In this document: piece by piece, positions 53,699-64,000 of the stretch
How positions within the stretch are numbered: the first letter of the stretch is position 1
How the letters are laid out: every line of letters starts with the position of its first letter
Source: Desulfobacterales bacterium
GTDB taxonomy: Bacteria > Desulfobacterota > Desulfobacteria > Desulfobacterales > UBA2174
Assembly (NCBI GenBank): GCA_963668645.2
Contig: CAXXWC010000014.1
Location: 66,998-130,997 of the forward strand
DNA length: 64,000 bases
Direction: 5' to 3'
Position numbers and translations under genes: made by a program
The notes under the pieces: generated by a model
The model's input: the letters and a program-made list of their open reading frames with translations, nothing else
Database searches by the model: none
Told to the model about the DNA's origin: nothing

Positions 53699-54843
53699 CA
53701 GCTCACCTCCCGGAAACGGTTCAGTATTTCATCTGGGGTAATCATGGTGCCGTCCAGCTTGCTGTGACGGTGCACGTTGGCGGCGGTCTTGTTGACCCTT
53801 TTCACCTCGCGGGCCATTTGGCCCATGTTCAACTCCGGCACCAGGCAGACCTTGGCCGTGGCCAGGGCGTTTTCCACCGCCCTACGGGGGAAGGGCCACA
53901 GGGACAACAGCTGCAACAGGCCCACCTTGAGGCCGCGCTCGCGGCCTTTTCGCACCGCGGCCTGGGCCGAGCGCGCGGTGCAGCCGTAGGCTATGATCAA
54001 CAGCTCGGCGTCGTCCAGCATGAAGCCTTTCACGTTTTCCAGGTCTTCGAAATGGCGGCTTATCTTGTCGAACAGGCGATGATAGAACGGCTCCACCTCG
54101 TCCTGACGCCGGGTGGGGAATCCTTTTTCATCATGCACCAGGCCGGTGACGTGGTAGCGGTAGCCCTTGCCCATGTCGGCCAAAACCGGAATAAGGCTGG
54201 CGTCGGCCTTGTAGGGCACATACCAGTCCGGCGGCACCGAGGGCCTTCGGCGGTCTATCACCTCCACCTCCTCCGGCGGGGGCAGTTCCACCTTTTCCCG
54301 CATGTGGGCCACGGTTTCATCGGAGAGCAGTATCACGGGGGTGCGGAAGCGCTCGGCCAGGTTGAAGGCGGTTACCGAAAGCTCGAAGCTTTCCTTCACC
54401 GTGGCCGGGCAAAGCACTATGGCCGGGTGGTCGCCGTGGGTGCCCCAGCGGGCCTGCTGCACGTCGGCCTGGGCCACGTTGGTGGGCATGCCGGTGGAGG
54501 GGCCGGCCCGCATCACATTCACCACCACCAGCGGCGTCTCGGTGATGCAGGCGTAGCCCAGGTTTTCCTGCATGAGGGAAAAGCCCGGGCCGGAGGTCGC
54601 GGTCATGGCCTTGCGCCCGGCCAGGGAGGCCCCTATGCAGCAGCCGATGGAGGCGATTTCGTCTTCCATCTGAATGAAGGGATTGCCCATGGCCGGCAGT
54701 TCCCGGCTCATCATCTCGGTTATCTCGCTGGCCGGGGTGATGGGATAGCCCGCGAAGAAATCGCAGCCCGCGGCCAAGGCTCCCAGGGTAATGGCCTCGT
54801 TGCCCTGCAACAGCCTGCTTTCGCTTTTTTTATTTTTTGCCAT
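53698..54843 (-). CDS. 2-oxoacid:ferredoxin oxidoreductase alpha subunit
   Basis: GYPITP; QMEDE; TATSGPG; R.GPSTG. Confidence 0.94.
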   Translation of the reverse strand: MAKNKKSESRLLQGNEAITLGALAAGCDFFAGYPITPASEITEMMSRELPAMGNPFIQMEDEIASIGCCIGASLAGRKAMTATSGPGFSLMQENLGYACITETPLVVVNVMRAGPSTGMPTNVAQADVQQARWGTHGDHPAIVLCPATVKESFELSVTAFNLAERFRTPVILLSDETVAHMREKVELPPPEEVEVIDRRRPSVPPDWYVPYKADASLIPVLADMGKGYRYHVTGLVHDEKGFPTRRQDEVEPFYHRLFDKISRHFEDLENVKGFMLDDAELLIIAYGCTARSAQAAVRKGRERGLKVGLLQLLSLWPFPRRAVENALATAKVCLVPELNMGQMAREVKRVNKTAANVHRHSKLDGTMITPDEILNRFREVS

Positions 54844-55192
54844 CGGCCGCCTCCTCTTCCGCCGGGACCACGGCCAGCCGCTCCGGGCTGGGCCTGGTTG
54901 GGTTCAGCCTGGTGCCCTGGCTGCCCGGGGCGGCAGACTTGGCAATGGGCGGCTTGCCCTTTTCCGGCGACCCCACCGCGATGGCGAAGTCCGGGCACAG
55001 CATCTCGCACAGGCCGCAACTGGTGCAGCGCTTGGGGTCTTCCAAAACCGGGTGCCCCCACTCGTCCGGCTTCAAGGCCGAGCGCGGGCAAAAGGCGATG
55101 CAATTGCCGCAGCGCTTGCACCAGGCCCGGTAAAAGCTGAGCTTGCCATCGGCCGATTTTTCAACGGCCGGCGCCTTTTTGGCGTTCATCAT
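54830..55192 (-). CDS. 2[4Fe-4S] ferredoxin (delta subunit)
   Basis: CKRCGNCIAFCP and CTSCGLCEMLCP. Confidence 0.92.
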   Translation of the reverse strand: MMNAKKAPAVEKSADGKLSFYRAWCKRCGNCIAFCPRSALKPDEWGHPVLEDPKRCTSCGLCEMLCPDFAIAVGSPEKGKPPIAKSAAPGSQGTRLNPTRPSPERLAVVPAEEEAADGKK

Positions 55193-55602
55193 ACAACTCC
55201 TTGGGCGGCCTTTTGGGCCACCATGTCCAAGAAACGTTTACGGCCCACCACATGCCTGGTGTGAACCGCACTGGCCACCCGGCCGCCTTGGTCAAAGGCC
55301 TCCACCGAAAAGACCAGCTTGTTTTTCTCCACCTCCATAAGTTCCGCCCGGGCGGTGACGCTGAAACCCTCCGGCGTGGGCGCCAGGTGGTCCATTTCCA
55401 TGCGGGAGCCCACGCACATCCGGTCCCGGCCCAGGTACCCTTCCAGGGCGTGGATGCAGGCCTGCTCCAAAAGAGTCATCAGCGTCATGGAGGATAACAC
55501 CTCCACCCCTTCGTTGCCGTAGGCCGAGGCAAGGTCCTTTTTGCGGACCACCGCCTCGGCCCGGCCCACAAGGCCCGGCTTCAATTCTGCGCCTGGGGAC
55601 AA
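55189..55602 (-). CDS. Fluoroacetyl-CoA thioesterase-like hot-dog protein
   Basis: VLS...L..L.E.A; VG.....HLAPTP.G. Confidence 0.85.
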   Translation of the reverse strand: MSPGAELKPGLVGRAEAVVRKKDLASAYGNEGVEVLSSMTLMTLLEQACIHALEGYLGRDRMCVGSRMEMDHLAPTPEGFSVTARAELMEVEKNKLVFSVEAFDQGGRVASAVHTRHVVGRKRFLDMVAQKAAQGVV

Positions 55603-55960
55603 ATAATTGCTCCTTAGGCCAAGTAAAGGGCTTCCGAAACGAGCCTCTTCGCCCCGGACAACCCTTTGACTCCACCACTTGAGGCCCTAGCGGCCTCACC
55701 TGGTTAAGTTTATCTCCCGACGGCGAAAAAGTGCAACCGTACTACCGAAAATTACAAAGATTTTCGCCTTCGCCTGCTACCTGGCGACACAAGCCGGCCC
55801 TGGAACCGCGCCAAGGGGCCAAGGGCCGGCCCGGGCGCGCCGGAGAGGATGTTAACATTTTAAAACTTCGAAAATAAAGACCCCGCTTTAATAAAGCGGG
55901 GTGAAAAACCGCAAACCCTCTTCATCGAAAAGCGGCGGGCCGGGACGGGGCCTCCGGCGG

Positions 55961-58900
55961 CTAGAATTTGAACCTCAAACCCGCGCTGAAGGTCTGGGCC
56001 GAGCCCTGCCCGGAATAGGCGAGGCCGTAGTCGGCGAAAAAGGCCAGGTTGCGGTTGAAGTCCGCGTCAAGCCCGGCCTGCAAAAGGGCGGCGTCCTCCA
56101 TGGCCTCCGCCCCCTTCACGGTGAACAGGCCCGAGGGTTTGTCCGAAAAATAGGCTTCCACCTCCGGCCGGTCGTCGGTGAAGTCGTGCGCCCAGAACAG
56201 CCCCAGGCGGGGGAGCAGCCGCCAATCGCCGGCCTTGAATTGCCGGGACAGACGCGCGCCCACTCTTGCGGTCAGGGAATCGACGCTTTTGCCCCTGACC
56301 ATAAGCCCCAGGTTGCCGGCTCCGCTTTCCCGGAAATCGTCGCTCTTAAGGTGCTGGTAGCCGAGCGAGGCCATGGGTTCCAGCAGCCAGCCGCCGGGCC
56401 TTAAGCCGTAACCATATTCCAGCCTGGCCCCGAACAGGTCGCTCTCGAAGTTGCTCTTGGCCGTGGCGCTGAAGCCGGGGTAGTCCACCTCCCGCTCGGC
56501 GCTGGCCTCCAGCCGGGCGTAGGACAAGGAGCCCCTGAGCCGGCCCGGGCCGAACTTGGCCCGGCCGTAGACCCCGGCATGCAGCCCGTCCATGTCTCCG
56601 CCCAGGCCCTCCTTGCTCCAGTTCAGGTCGCTTTTGGTGGCGGCCAGGGAAACGCCGGCGGTGAAGCGGGGGGAAAGGGCGGCGTCCACCCCCAGCAGCG
56701 CCCCCCCGGCCGACTGGTCCCAGCCCAGGTAATCCCGGGAGGAGTCCCGCTTGGACCAAAGCCCCAGGCCCCGCCCCCAGAAGGCCCAGCCTTTTTGCTC
56801 GGACTCTGCGGCGGGCAGCGGAAGCCCGGCTTGGTTGGCGGCCAGAAGCGCCGTGCCCGCGGCCGCGCCGTCGGCGTTTCGCCCCAGGGGACCGTGCATG
56901 TCCAGTTGCTCCAGGCGCAAAGCCATGGCCCGGTCAAAGGCCAGGCCCAGCTCAAAGGCGGCCGGCTCGAAGGCGGCGTACATTTCCGGCGAAAGCTCGT
57001 CCAGGGCGCGCCGGATCTGGGCCGCGCTCATGTCCCAGTCCATGTCCATGAGCATCTTGCGCATCTGGCCGCTGGCATGGGGCAAGACCGAATCCAGGGC
57101 GCGGGCCACCTGGGCGTCGTTGGGGTTTGCCGCGAAATCCGCGTAGTCTTTGCGGTTAAGTTCCACCATGAGCGCATTGGCCGTGGCGACGGTATCAAAA
57201 GACAACACCGCGCTGTTTTCCAGCCCCTCCATGCGGTCGAAGTTGCCGGAAAGCCCGCCGTCGGCCTGGAGGACGGTCCAGCGGGTCTTGTCGGCGTAAA
57301 GAGCTTTTTCCAGGCTGACGCGCAGGGCGCCGCCGTTTATGGCGGCCCGGCCGGTGACATGAAGCAAATCCGTGTCGCCGTCGGCCTCGGCCTCGGTCAC
57401 CAGCACCGCGGTTTGATTGTGGGTGTAATCGCCTTCTATGGTGAGCAGCCCGGCCGAGTTGCCCGGGTTCAGGGTGCCGTCGTTGATGACGTCGCCTTTG
57501 ATCCTGCCCGAGCCGTAGAGTTCGCCGCTTGGGGTTATCCGCACCTCGGGGCTTTCCAGCACCCCGTTCACCCGCAGCAAGCCGGAAGATTCCACACTGC
57601 CCGCCGACAGGTTTTTGCCCACCAGCAGGCTTCCGGCGTTGCTCACCTTGCCGTAAACCGTGTTCATGCCGTAGAGCTCCGCCACGCCGCTGCTTGCCAC
57701 CGAAAGCCTCGCCGCGTTGAAGGTCCTGCTGGTGTTGAGGTTGCCTCCAATGTCTGCCAGGCCGTCGATGGAAGCAGTGCCGCTGAAGACAGCCGAGCCT
57801 CCGGAAAAGACCAGAAGCGATCCCGCCGAAAGGAGGCCGGAGGAATCAAGGCTGCCCGCCACGGTGAGCGCGCCGGACAAATCCACCGTTCCCAAAAACA
57901 AGGCCGTTCCCGTGCTTGCGACCGCCAGGCTTGCGGCGTATAGCGATGCGCTTTTCTGCAACACCAGCGATCCGTCGTAGACCCTCACCGGCACTTTGCC
58001 CAGCGCCCAGGTGCCGGTCAGCCGGTTGTCAGCGCCGGTGAAATGCAGGTTCTCGAAGTCGTAGTAGAGCCCGACCCCGTCCGGCCCCTCCCAGAGGCGG
58101 CCGTCCTGCACTCCCATGTTGTCCAGGACCAGGGTGTCGTTGCCCTCGAAGGCGGCCACGATATAGCCCACCTGGCTGCCGCCCACCAGGATGATGGTGT
58201 CGTCGCCGTAGCCGCCGCCGATGCCGCCGTACACCGCGCCCTTGTTTATGATCACGCTGTCGCCGAGGCCCATGGCGGAGCTCCAGATGTCCCCGTGCAC
58301 CGTGCCCGTGTTTTCAATGTGGACCTTGCCGCTGCCCATGAAAGTCCCGATGATGTCCCCGTGCACCGTATCCGTGTTTTTAATAAAGACATTGCCGCCG
58401 TCTATGAAGGTTCCGAGGATGTCGCCGTACACCGTGCCGGAGTTGTAGATCGAAACCTTGTAATGATCGCCGGTCGAGGGGCAGAAGCGGGTGCCGCCTA
58501 TGCCGAAGATCGTACCTCTTACGGTGCCGCTGTTTTTTCACGGTAAAGGTTCCCCTGGAATTGAACCCCCCGTAAACATCACACAGGACCTCGCCGTTGT
58601 TTTCCACCAGCACCACGTCGCTGTCGTTGGGGCCGCTGTCGGCGCCCACCATCTCCGCCCACACCATGCCGTTGTTGATCACCGTGGGGCTGCCGCCCTC
58701 GCCCAGCTCGAAGCCCACCAGGTAGTCCGAAATGTTCCCATTGTTCACGATGTAGTCGTCGCCGCCTTCGCCGGAGACGAACCCCATGACCCAACCACCC
58801 TCCTCCACCGTTATCTGGTCCGCTTCGGCGGTGCCCAGTAAATCGCCGGCAACCGTCTCGCCGGAGTGCACGTCGATCACCTTGGCCAGGGCAAAGGATG

Positions 58901-59016
58901 CGGAAAAACAGAGCCAGGCCCGCCAAAATGAGCGGCATGGCTAGGATCGCAATCTTGAAGGAAAGTCTTTGGCCCACGGGAAACCGTAGGCGGCGGGTGA
59001 GGCTTGATCGCGGCAT
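55961..59016 (-). CDS. Autotransporter (frameshifts near 58540 and 58890)
   Basis: GTVHGDI beta-helix repeats; PGNSAGLLTIEGDY; C-terminal beta-barrel ending GLRFKF. Confidence 0.88.
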
Positions 59017-59425
59017 GGCAGGCTCGTTTCTTTTATCGGGTTTTATCGGCGTAGATGCAACCAGGCGCGGAAAAGATCGGACCGTTTATAGGATTCCACA
59101 TCACCGGCAAAGTTCATTGCCTGACGCCCATTACCATCTATATGTTTAACTCCTGCGATTCCGGTCCGCGCTTAAAGGATAAAGGCGGACCGTTTAACTC
59201 AGGGCCAATCTATAATCTCATAAGTTAGTCGCCCGGAAAACCCCCGATTGACTTAGCTGATTGCCATTGGGGCGCATACCCGATATGTTCAGCCCCGCGA
59301 TCCGGACCAAGCTTTGCAAACAGCGGGTTTTGCGGCTACAATTTCCGCTTCGGATAGCGATCGTCCGCAAAGGCCGCAAAGCCTTTTCAGTTCATTTTCG
59401 CCGGAACACCCGGCGCAGCCGGGAG

Positions 59426-60623
59426 ATGTCTGTGAAGCCCTTAAGCCGCGTCACCGAAAACTTCACCCGAATCCGTGATCCGCATGATGGACCCGCATCG
59501 TAAACCAGGCCGGCGGTATAAACTTGGCCCAGGGTTTTCCCGGATTGGGACGCGCCCAAAGAGATAATCGAGGCCGCGGCAAATGCCTTGCGCCAGGGCA
59601 AGAACCAGTATGCCGTTACCTTTGGCCAGCCGGAGCTGCGTGATGCAATCGCCAGCAAGGTTGAGGAATACAACCGCTACCCGGTGGATGCGGAAAACGA
59701 AATCTGCGTGACCTGCGGCGCCACCGAGGGCATGATCTCCTGCCTGAAAGCCCTCCATAAACCCCGGCGACGAGATAATCATCTTCGAGCCTTTTTATGA
59801 AAACTACGGGCCGGATACTTTGCTCCTCCGGGGCCACCCCCCGCTATGTCACCCTCAACGCACCTGACTGGAGTTTCGACCCGGACGAAACTGGCGGGCG
59901 CCTTCAACGAAAAGACCAAGGCCCTGGTCATGAACTCGCCCAACAACCCCACCGGCAAGGTGTTCGGTAAAGAGGAACTGGAGAGCATCGCCGCGCTCTG
60001 CAACAAGTGGGACGCCTACTGCGTGTGGCGACGACATATACGAGCAGATCCTCTACGACGGCAACCAGCACATCGCCATGGCCTCCCCCTGCCCCGGCAT
60101 GAAGGAACGCACCATCACCATAAACAGCGTGTTCAAAGACCTTCTCCGCCACCGGCCTGGCGGGTGGGCTGGGTCATCGCCCCGCCCCCGGTGACGGCCG
60201 CCGTGCGCAAGGTGCACGACTTCCTCACCGTGGGCGCGCCCGCCCCCCTGCAAGAGGCCACCATCTCCGCCCTGGGGCTGCCCCCGGACTATTATGAAGA
60301 CCTGCGCGCCCGCTACGACACCGGGACGCCGCTTCATGTTTGATGCGCTAAAGGAGCTTGACTTCAATCCCGTGCTGCCCGGCCCGGAGCCTATTACATC
60401 ATCACCCAGCCCAGCGGGCTTATGCCCAGGCTCAAAGCCGGCGACGACTTCGAACTGGCGAAAAAGCTCATCGAGGTCTGCGGCGTGGCCACCGTGGCCG
60501 GGTTCCAGCTTTTATTCCAAAACCCGGCCTTGGAAACGACCAGGTGCGCTTTTTGCTTCTGCAAAAAGCCCGAAACCCCTGGGACAGGCCGTGGCCGGGC
60601 TGGAAAAGCTGAAGAAGATTTAA
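59426..60623 (+). CDS. PLP-dependent aminotransferase class I/II (many frameshifts)
   Basis: NLAQGF; GATEG; NSPNNPTGKVF; WRVGW; KVHDFLTVGAPAPLQ. Confidence 0.88.
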
Positions 60624-60697
60624 AGCCATGTGCGGCTAATACTTTTTGGTGAGTTTTCATCGCCACCGTGAGCTCCATAAAGGGTTCCCCCAAAAAA

Positions 60698-60990
60698 CCC
60701 CCCGGGGAAAAATGGCTCTATCCGGTTGCCTGTCCACTACAGGCAACTTCTACCTGAAATTGGTCCGGCGGACAGATCCCGGTTTCAAAAAAAGAACGCT
60801 AAGTGATGAACCCAGGAATGGAATAACGTCGCCGGGCTCGATAGCACGTGGTACCCCCTTCCCAATAGCACCCCGCGCCATTTTAGAAGCACCTTTCTCC
60901 GGTGAGGCCATCCTTCAACAGCAACGCTTATGCGGGCAGGACTATCCGTACCGAAATGAAATGCTATTTCAGGGCGGGACGCTAATGGCG
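60698..60990. repeat. Non-coding repeat family, copy C (most complete, ~290 bp)
   Basis: Collinear with copies A and B; lies between convergent genes. Confidence 0.8.
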
Positions 60991-61011
60991 CGGTATGGAG
61001 GGAACGGCCTG

Positions 61012-61462
61012 CTAGACCGGGAAATCCACCTTTATCCTTGAACAGCCGGCGGGAGGGGAAGGAACAGATGTTCTCCACCCCGGTGCGGCGGGAGATTTCC
61101 TCCAGGTGCTGCTGGATTTCCTCCATGCTCTCGGCGATGAAGGTGAACCACACATTAAAGTCATGCTCCCGGCGGTAGTTGTGGGTCACTCCGGGATAAG
61201 AATTCACGCAGTCCACGAACGCGTCGAATTTCTCCGGCGGCACCTTGGCCGCGCACAAGGTGGAAGAAAAAGCCCAGCCGGTCGCTGAAGAAATTGCCCC
61301 CGATGCGGCGGATGATGCCCGATTCCTTCAAGGCCTTCAGCCGCCGGATGACCTCGTCTTCGCCAAGCCCCAATCTCTCGGCCAGCCACCAGAAAGGGGC
61401 GCTCATCCAGGGGCAAACGGGACTGCACTTCGCGCAATATAGCCTTGTCTGTTTGGGTCCAT
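61012..61462 (-). CDS. ahbA: Siroheme decarboxylase alpha subunit (AhbA/NirDL-like), frameshifted
   Basis: Q..LPLDERPF; GIIRRIGGNF; GVTHNYRREH.FNVWFT. Confidence 0.85.
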
Positions 61463-61708
61463 TTTCCGCCTTTCAGGCAGGCCGCAGCCGTCGGGGTTGA
61501 TAGCCTAGCCTAAACCATACCATATAAGAAGCGTTAAACCGCCCCGTGCCAAGCCAACCGGGAAAGGCCGGCATTTTCTACCCCCATCAGGCGGTTTTGG
61601 GCTACCATTACAAAAGGCGGCCCTTGAAAAGAACGGCAGGGCCGCGAGAGGCGGATAAGGCGGCCTAACCCCGAACCCCGAACCCCAACGCTCACCTGGA
61701 GGATCATC

Positions 61709-63301
61709 TTGCCCGCCCCTGTTCTCATCGCAGGTTCCGCCCTCACTCCTTTTGGCAAAGCCCGTGAACCGCTTTTGGAGCTTTTGGTAAAGGCCGGCGA
61801 ACAGGGCCCTGGAGCAGGCCGGTGTGGACCGAAAAAAGGTGGACGCGCTATATCTGGGGGCCATTGAACCCGGAGGAGTTCACCGGCCAGGGCAATTTGC
61901 CGGTGGCCCTGGCCGACGGCCTGGGCCTGGAGGGGGCGGCCTCTTCCAGGGTGGAGACGGCCAGTTCCACCGGGGCCGGGGCCCTGGAAAGCGCATATTT
62001 TCGCGGTGGCTTCGGGCTACCGTAAAAAACCGTGCTGGTGGTGGCCGGCGAAAAGATGACCGGGCTTTCCATCCGGCGCCACCACCAAGCTGCTGGCCGA
62101 GGTCATAGACCCCACCGAGCGCCGCTACGGAGCCTCCATGCCGGCCCTGGCCGCCCTGGTGGGCCAAGGTCTACGCCAGGGACCTACGGCCTGGAGCCAG
62201 ACACCCTGAAGGAGGCCATGGGCAAGGTGGCGGTGAAAAACCCACGCGCGGGGGGCGCTCAAACCCCCCCTGGCCCAGTTCCGGCGGGAGATCACCCTGA
62301 AAAAATATACCGCGGCAGCCGTCTGGTGGCCGATCCCCTGGGGCTTTTCGATTGCGCGCCCATCACCGACGGCGCGGCGGCGGTGGTGCTTTCCGCCAAA
62401 AAGGGCTCGGTGCGCCTGGCCGGCATGGGGCACGCCCACCGACTCCTCGGCGGTGAGCCGGCGGGGCTCTTTGGTCAGCTTCAACTCCACCCGCCAGGCG
62501 GCCAAGGCGGCCTACGACATGGCCCGGGTAAGGCCGGACGAGATCGACTTCGCCGAGGTGCACGACGCCTTCACCATATTCGAGATAATGGGTTCGGAGG
62601 ATTTGGGCTTTTTCCCTCCGGGCCAGGGCTGGCAGGCGGCCATGAGCGGCGAAACCTCGGCCCAGGGCGGCTTGCCCATAAACCCCTCGGGCGGGCTCAA
62701 GGCCAGGGGGCACCCGGTGGGGGCCTCGGGCCTGGCCCAGGTGGTGGAGGCCCACTGGCTCCTGACCGGCCGGGTGGAGCCGGAAAGGCGCCTGCCCAAG
62801 GAGCCCAAGATCGCGCTTACCCAGTCCATCGGCGGGCTGGGCAACAACAACTTGGTCACCATCCTGGTGCCTGCGGAAAGGCCGCTCTACCCCAAGGGCC
62901 GCTGGCACTGCCCCTATGACCCCGAGATAGTCCCCCTTAGCCCGGCCCCGCCCGAACCCTTGCCGCAAAACCTTTCCGCCAAGGTGGTTTCCTGCACCAG
63001 GCTGAACACCCCGCCCGAGGGTTTCCAGGCCCCGTTGGATCTGGTCCTGGCCCGGGCCAAAGGCGGCTGGATGACCCTGGCCCACTGGCAGGGCGGCGAG
63101 CCGCCCAAGCCAGGCGGCGGCGCGGAGCTGGAGCTGGTGGAGGGGCGTTACCGGGCCGGGCCGGCTCCCGGTTTGGGAGAGTCGCTGGCCAACAAGGCGG
63201 GCTGGGCCCTCAGAAAGTTCACCAAAGGCGGCAAGGAAAAGGCCGGGGCCGGCGTGGAAGACGATGTCCCCAAGGAAGGGGGCGAGGAAAAGGCTTCCTG
63301 A
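61709..63301 (+). CDS. Thiolase-family (SCP-x-like) protein with C-terminal OB-like extension, frameshifted
   Basis: PITDGAAAVVL; EVHDAF; INPSGGLKARGHPVGASG. Confidence 0.85.
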
Positions 63302-63461
63302 GCGGAATTTTTACCCCGCCATAAAAAACCGCCGTCGAACCATAAGGTCCGGCGGCATTTTCTTGGGGGCGCGCAACGGCCCTGCCGGGTCGGGGGGCGG
63401 CGTCCCTTTTTGTCAAAGACGCCCCGCAGCCCCGCTTTTCAGGCCAAGGGCAAAACCAAGC

Positions 63462-64000
63462 TCAGACCTTGTCGCCGGTGACGCCCGCCTCGTCAAAGGT
63501 TGCCATCTCGCTGTAGATGGCCACTGCGGCCCGCACCAGGTTTATGGCCAAGGCCCCGCCGGTGCCCTCGCCCAGGCGCAGGTTCAAATCCAGAAGCGGC
63601 TTCAGCCCCAGGTGTTCCAGCATGGCGCGCTGGCCAATCTCCACCGAGGCGTGGCCGGGCAGGAAATAGCCCTTGGCCGCCGGCGCCAGGTGGGCGGCGG
63701 TGATGCAGCCGGCGGTGGAGATCATGCCGTCCAGGATGACCGGCACCTTTTTGGCCGCGCCCATGAGCGCGAAGCCGCAGATGCCGGCCAGCTCCAGGCC
63801 GCCCACCAGGGCCATCACGCCCAGGGGGTCCTCGGGGTCGGGCTTTCTGGCCTCCAGTATCTTTTGGATGGTGGCGGCCTTTTTGTCCAGGCCGGCGTCG
63901 TCCAGGCCCGCGCCCCGGCCGGTGACTTCCCGGGGGGAAAGCCCGGTGAACACCGAGGCGATGGCGGCCGAGGGAGTGGTGTTGCCGATGCCCATGTCAC
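63462..64000 (-). CDS. cobT: Nicotinate-nucleotide-DMB phosphoribosyltransferase (partial)
   Basis: MGIGNTTPS; LRLGEGTGG; MATF.EAGV. Confidence 0.95.
   Translation of the reverse strand, partial: DMGIGNTTPSAAIASVFTGLSPREVTGRGAGLDDAGLDKKAATIQKILEARKPDPEDPLGVMALVGGLELAGICGFALMGAAKKVPVILDGMISTAGCITAAHLAPAAKGYFLPGHASVEIGQRAMLEHLGLKPLLDLNLRLGEGTGGALAINLVRAAVAIYSEMATFDEAGVTGDKV

Overview
The window looks like Desulfobacterota DNA (inferred from gene content) and falls into three blocks. (1) 1-~16.3 kb is AT-rich: a decaying integron-type gene-cassette array with at least 6 recognisable attC-like sites. Its cargo is five GNATs, GFA, CSP-DUF1294, cytochrome b, Zn-ADH and DUF1566 genes. No intact intI is in view. 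The array also holds two diverged copies of a >=650-bp gene-less unit that carries a conserved sigma70-like promoter and hairpin and ends in its own ~143-bp attC-like site. It further contains nested ISNCY/IS3 relics, a divergent non-IntI tyrosine-recombinase relic abutting a cassette start, and two inverted 1579-bp single-ORF IS66-like elements, one of which landed in an attC core. (2) ~16.4-29.86 kb is GC-rich with clean ORFs: AttH-like, sigma54-preceded orphan nifQ, ino1-like operon, CdaA-YbbR fusion, hisE/hisG, MaoC and Fec ABC genes. (3) 29.86-64 kb begins at an abrupt topA/FecCD in-frame junction that is probably a chimeric assembly join, and it is rich in homopolymer frameshifts. It contains dprA, a decayed PD-(D/E)XK + beta-CASP/MBL nuclease pair, acyl-CoA ligase, hemW, CheW-CZB, uvrA, HicB-like, BamA/TamA-like OMP, a signal-peptide-bearing pyruvoyl histidine decarboxylase, a 2-oxoacid:ferredoxin oxidoreductase operon, an autotransporter, ahbA, thiolase and cobT, plus two non-coding dispersed repeat families. 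No rRNA, tRNA or CRISPR array was seen. All family calls are from motif recognition by eye; no searches were run.
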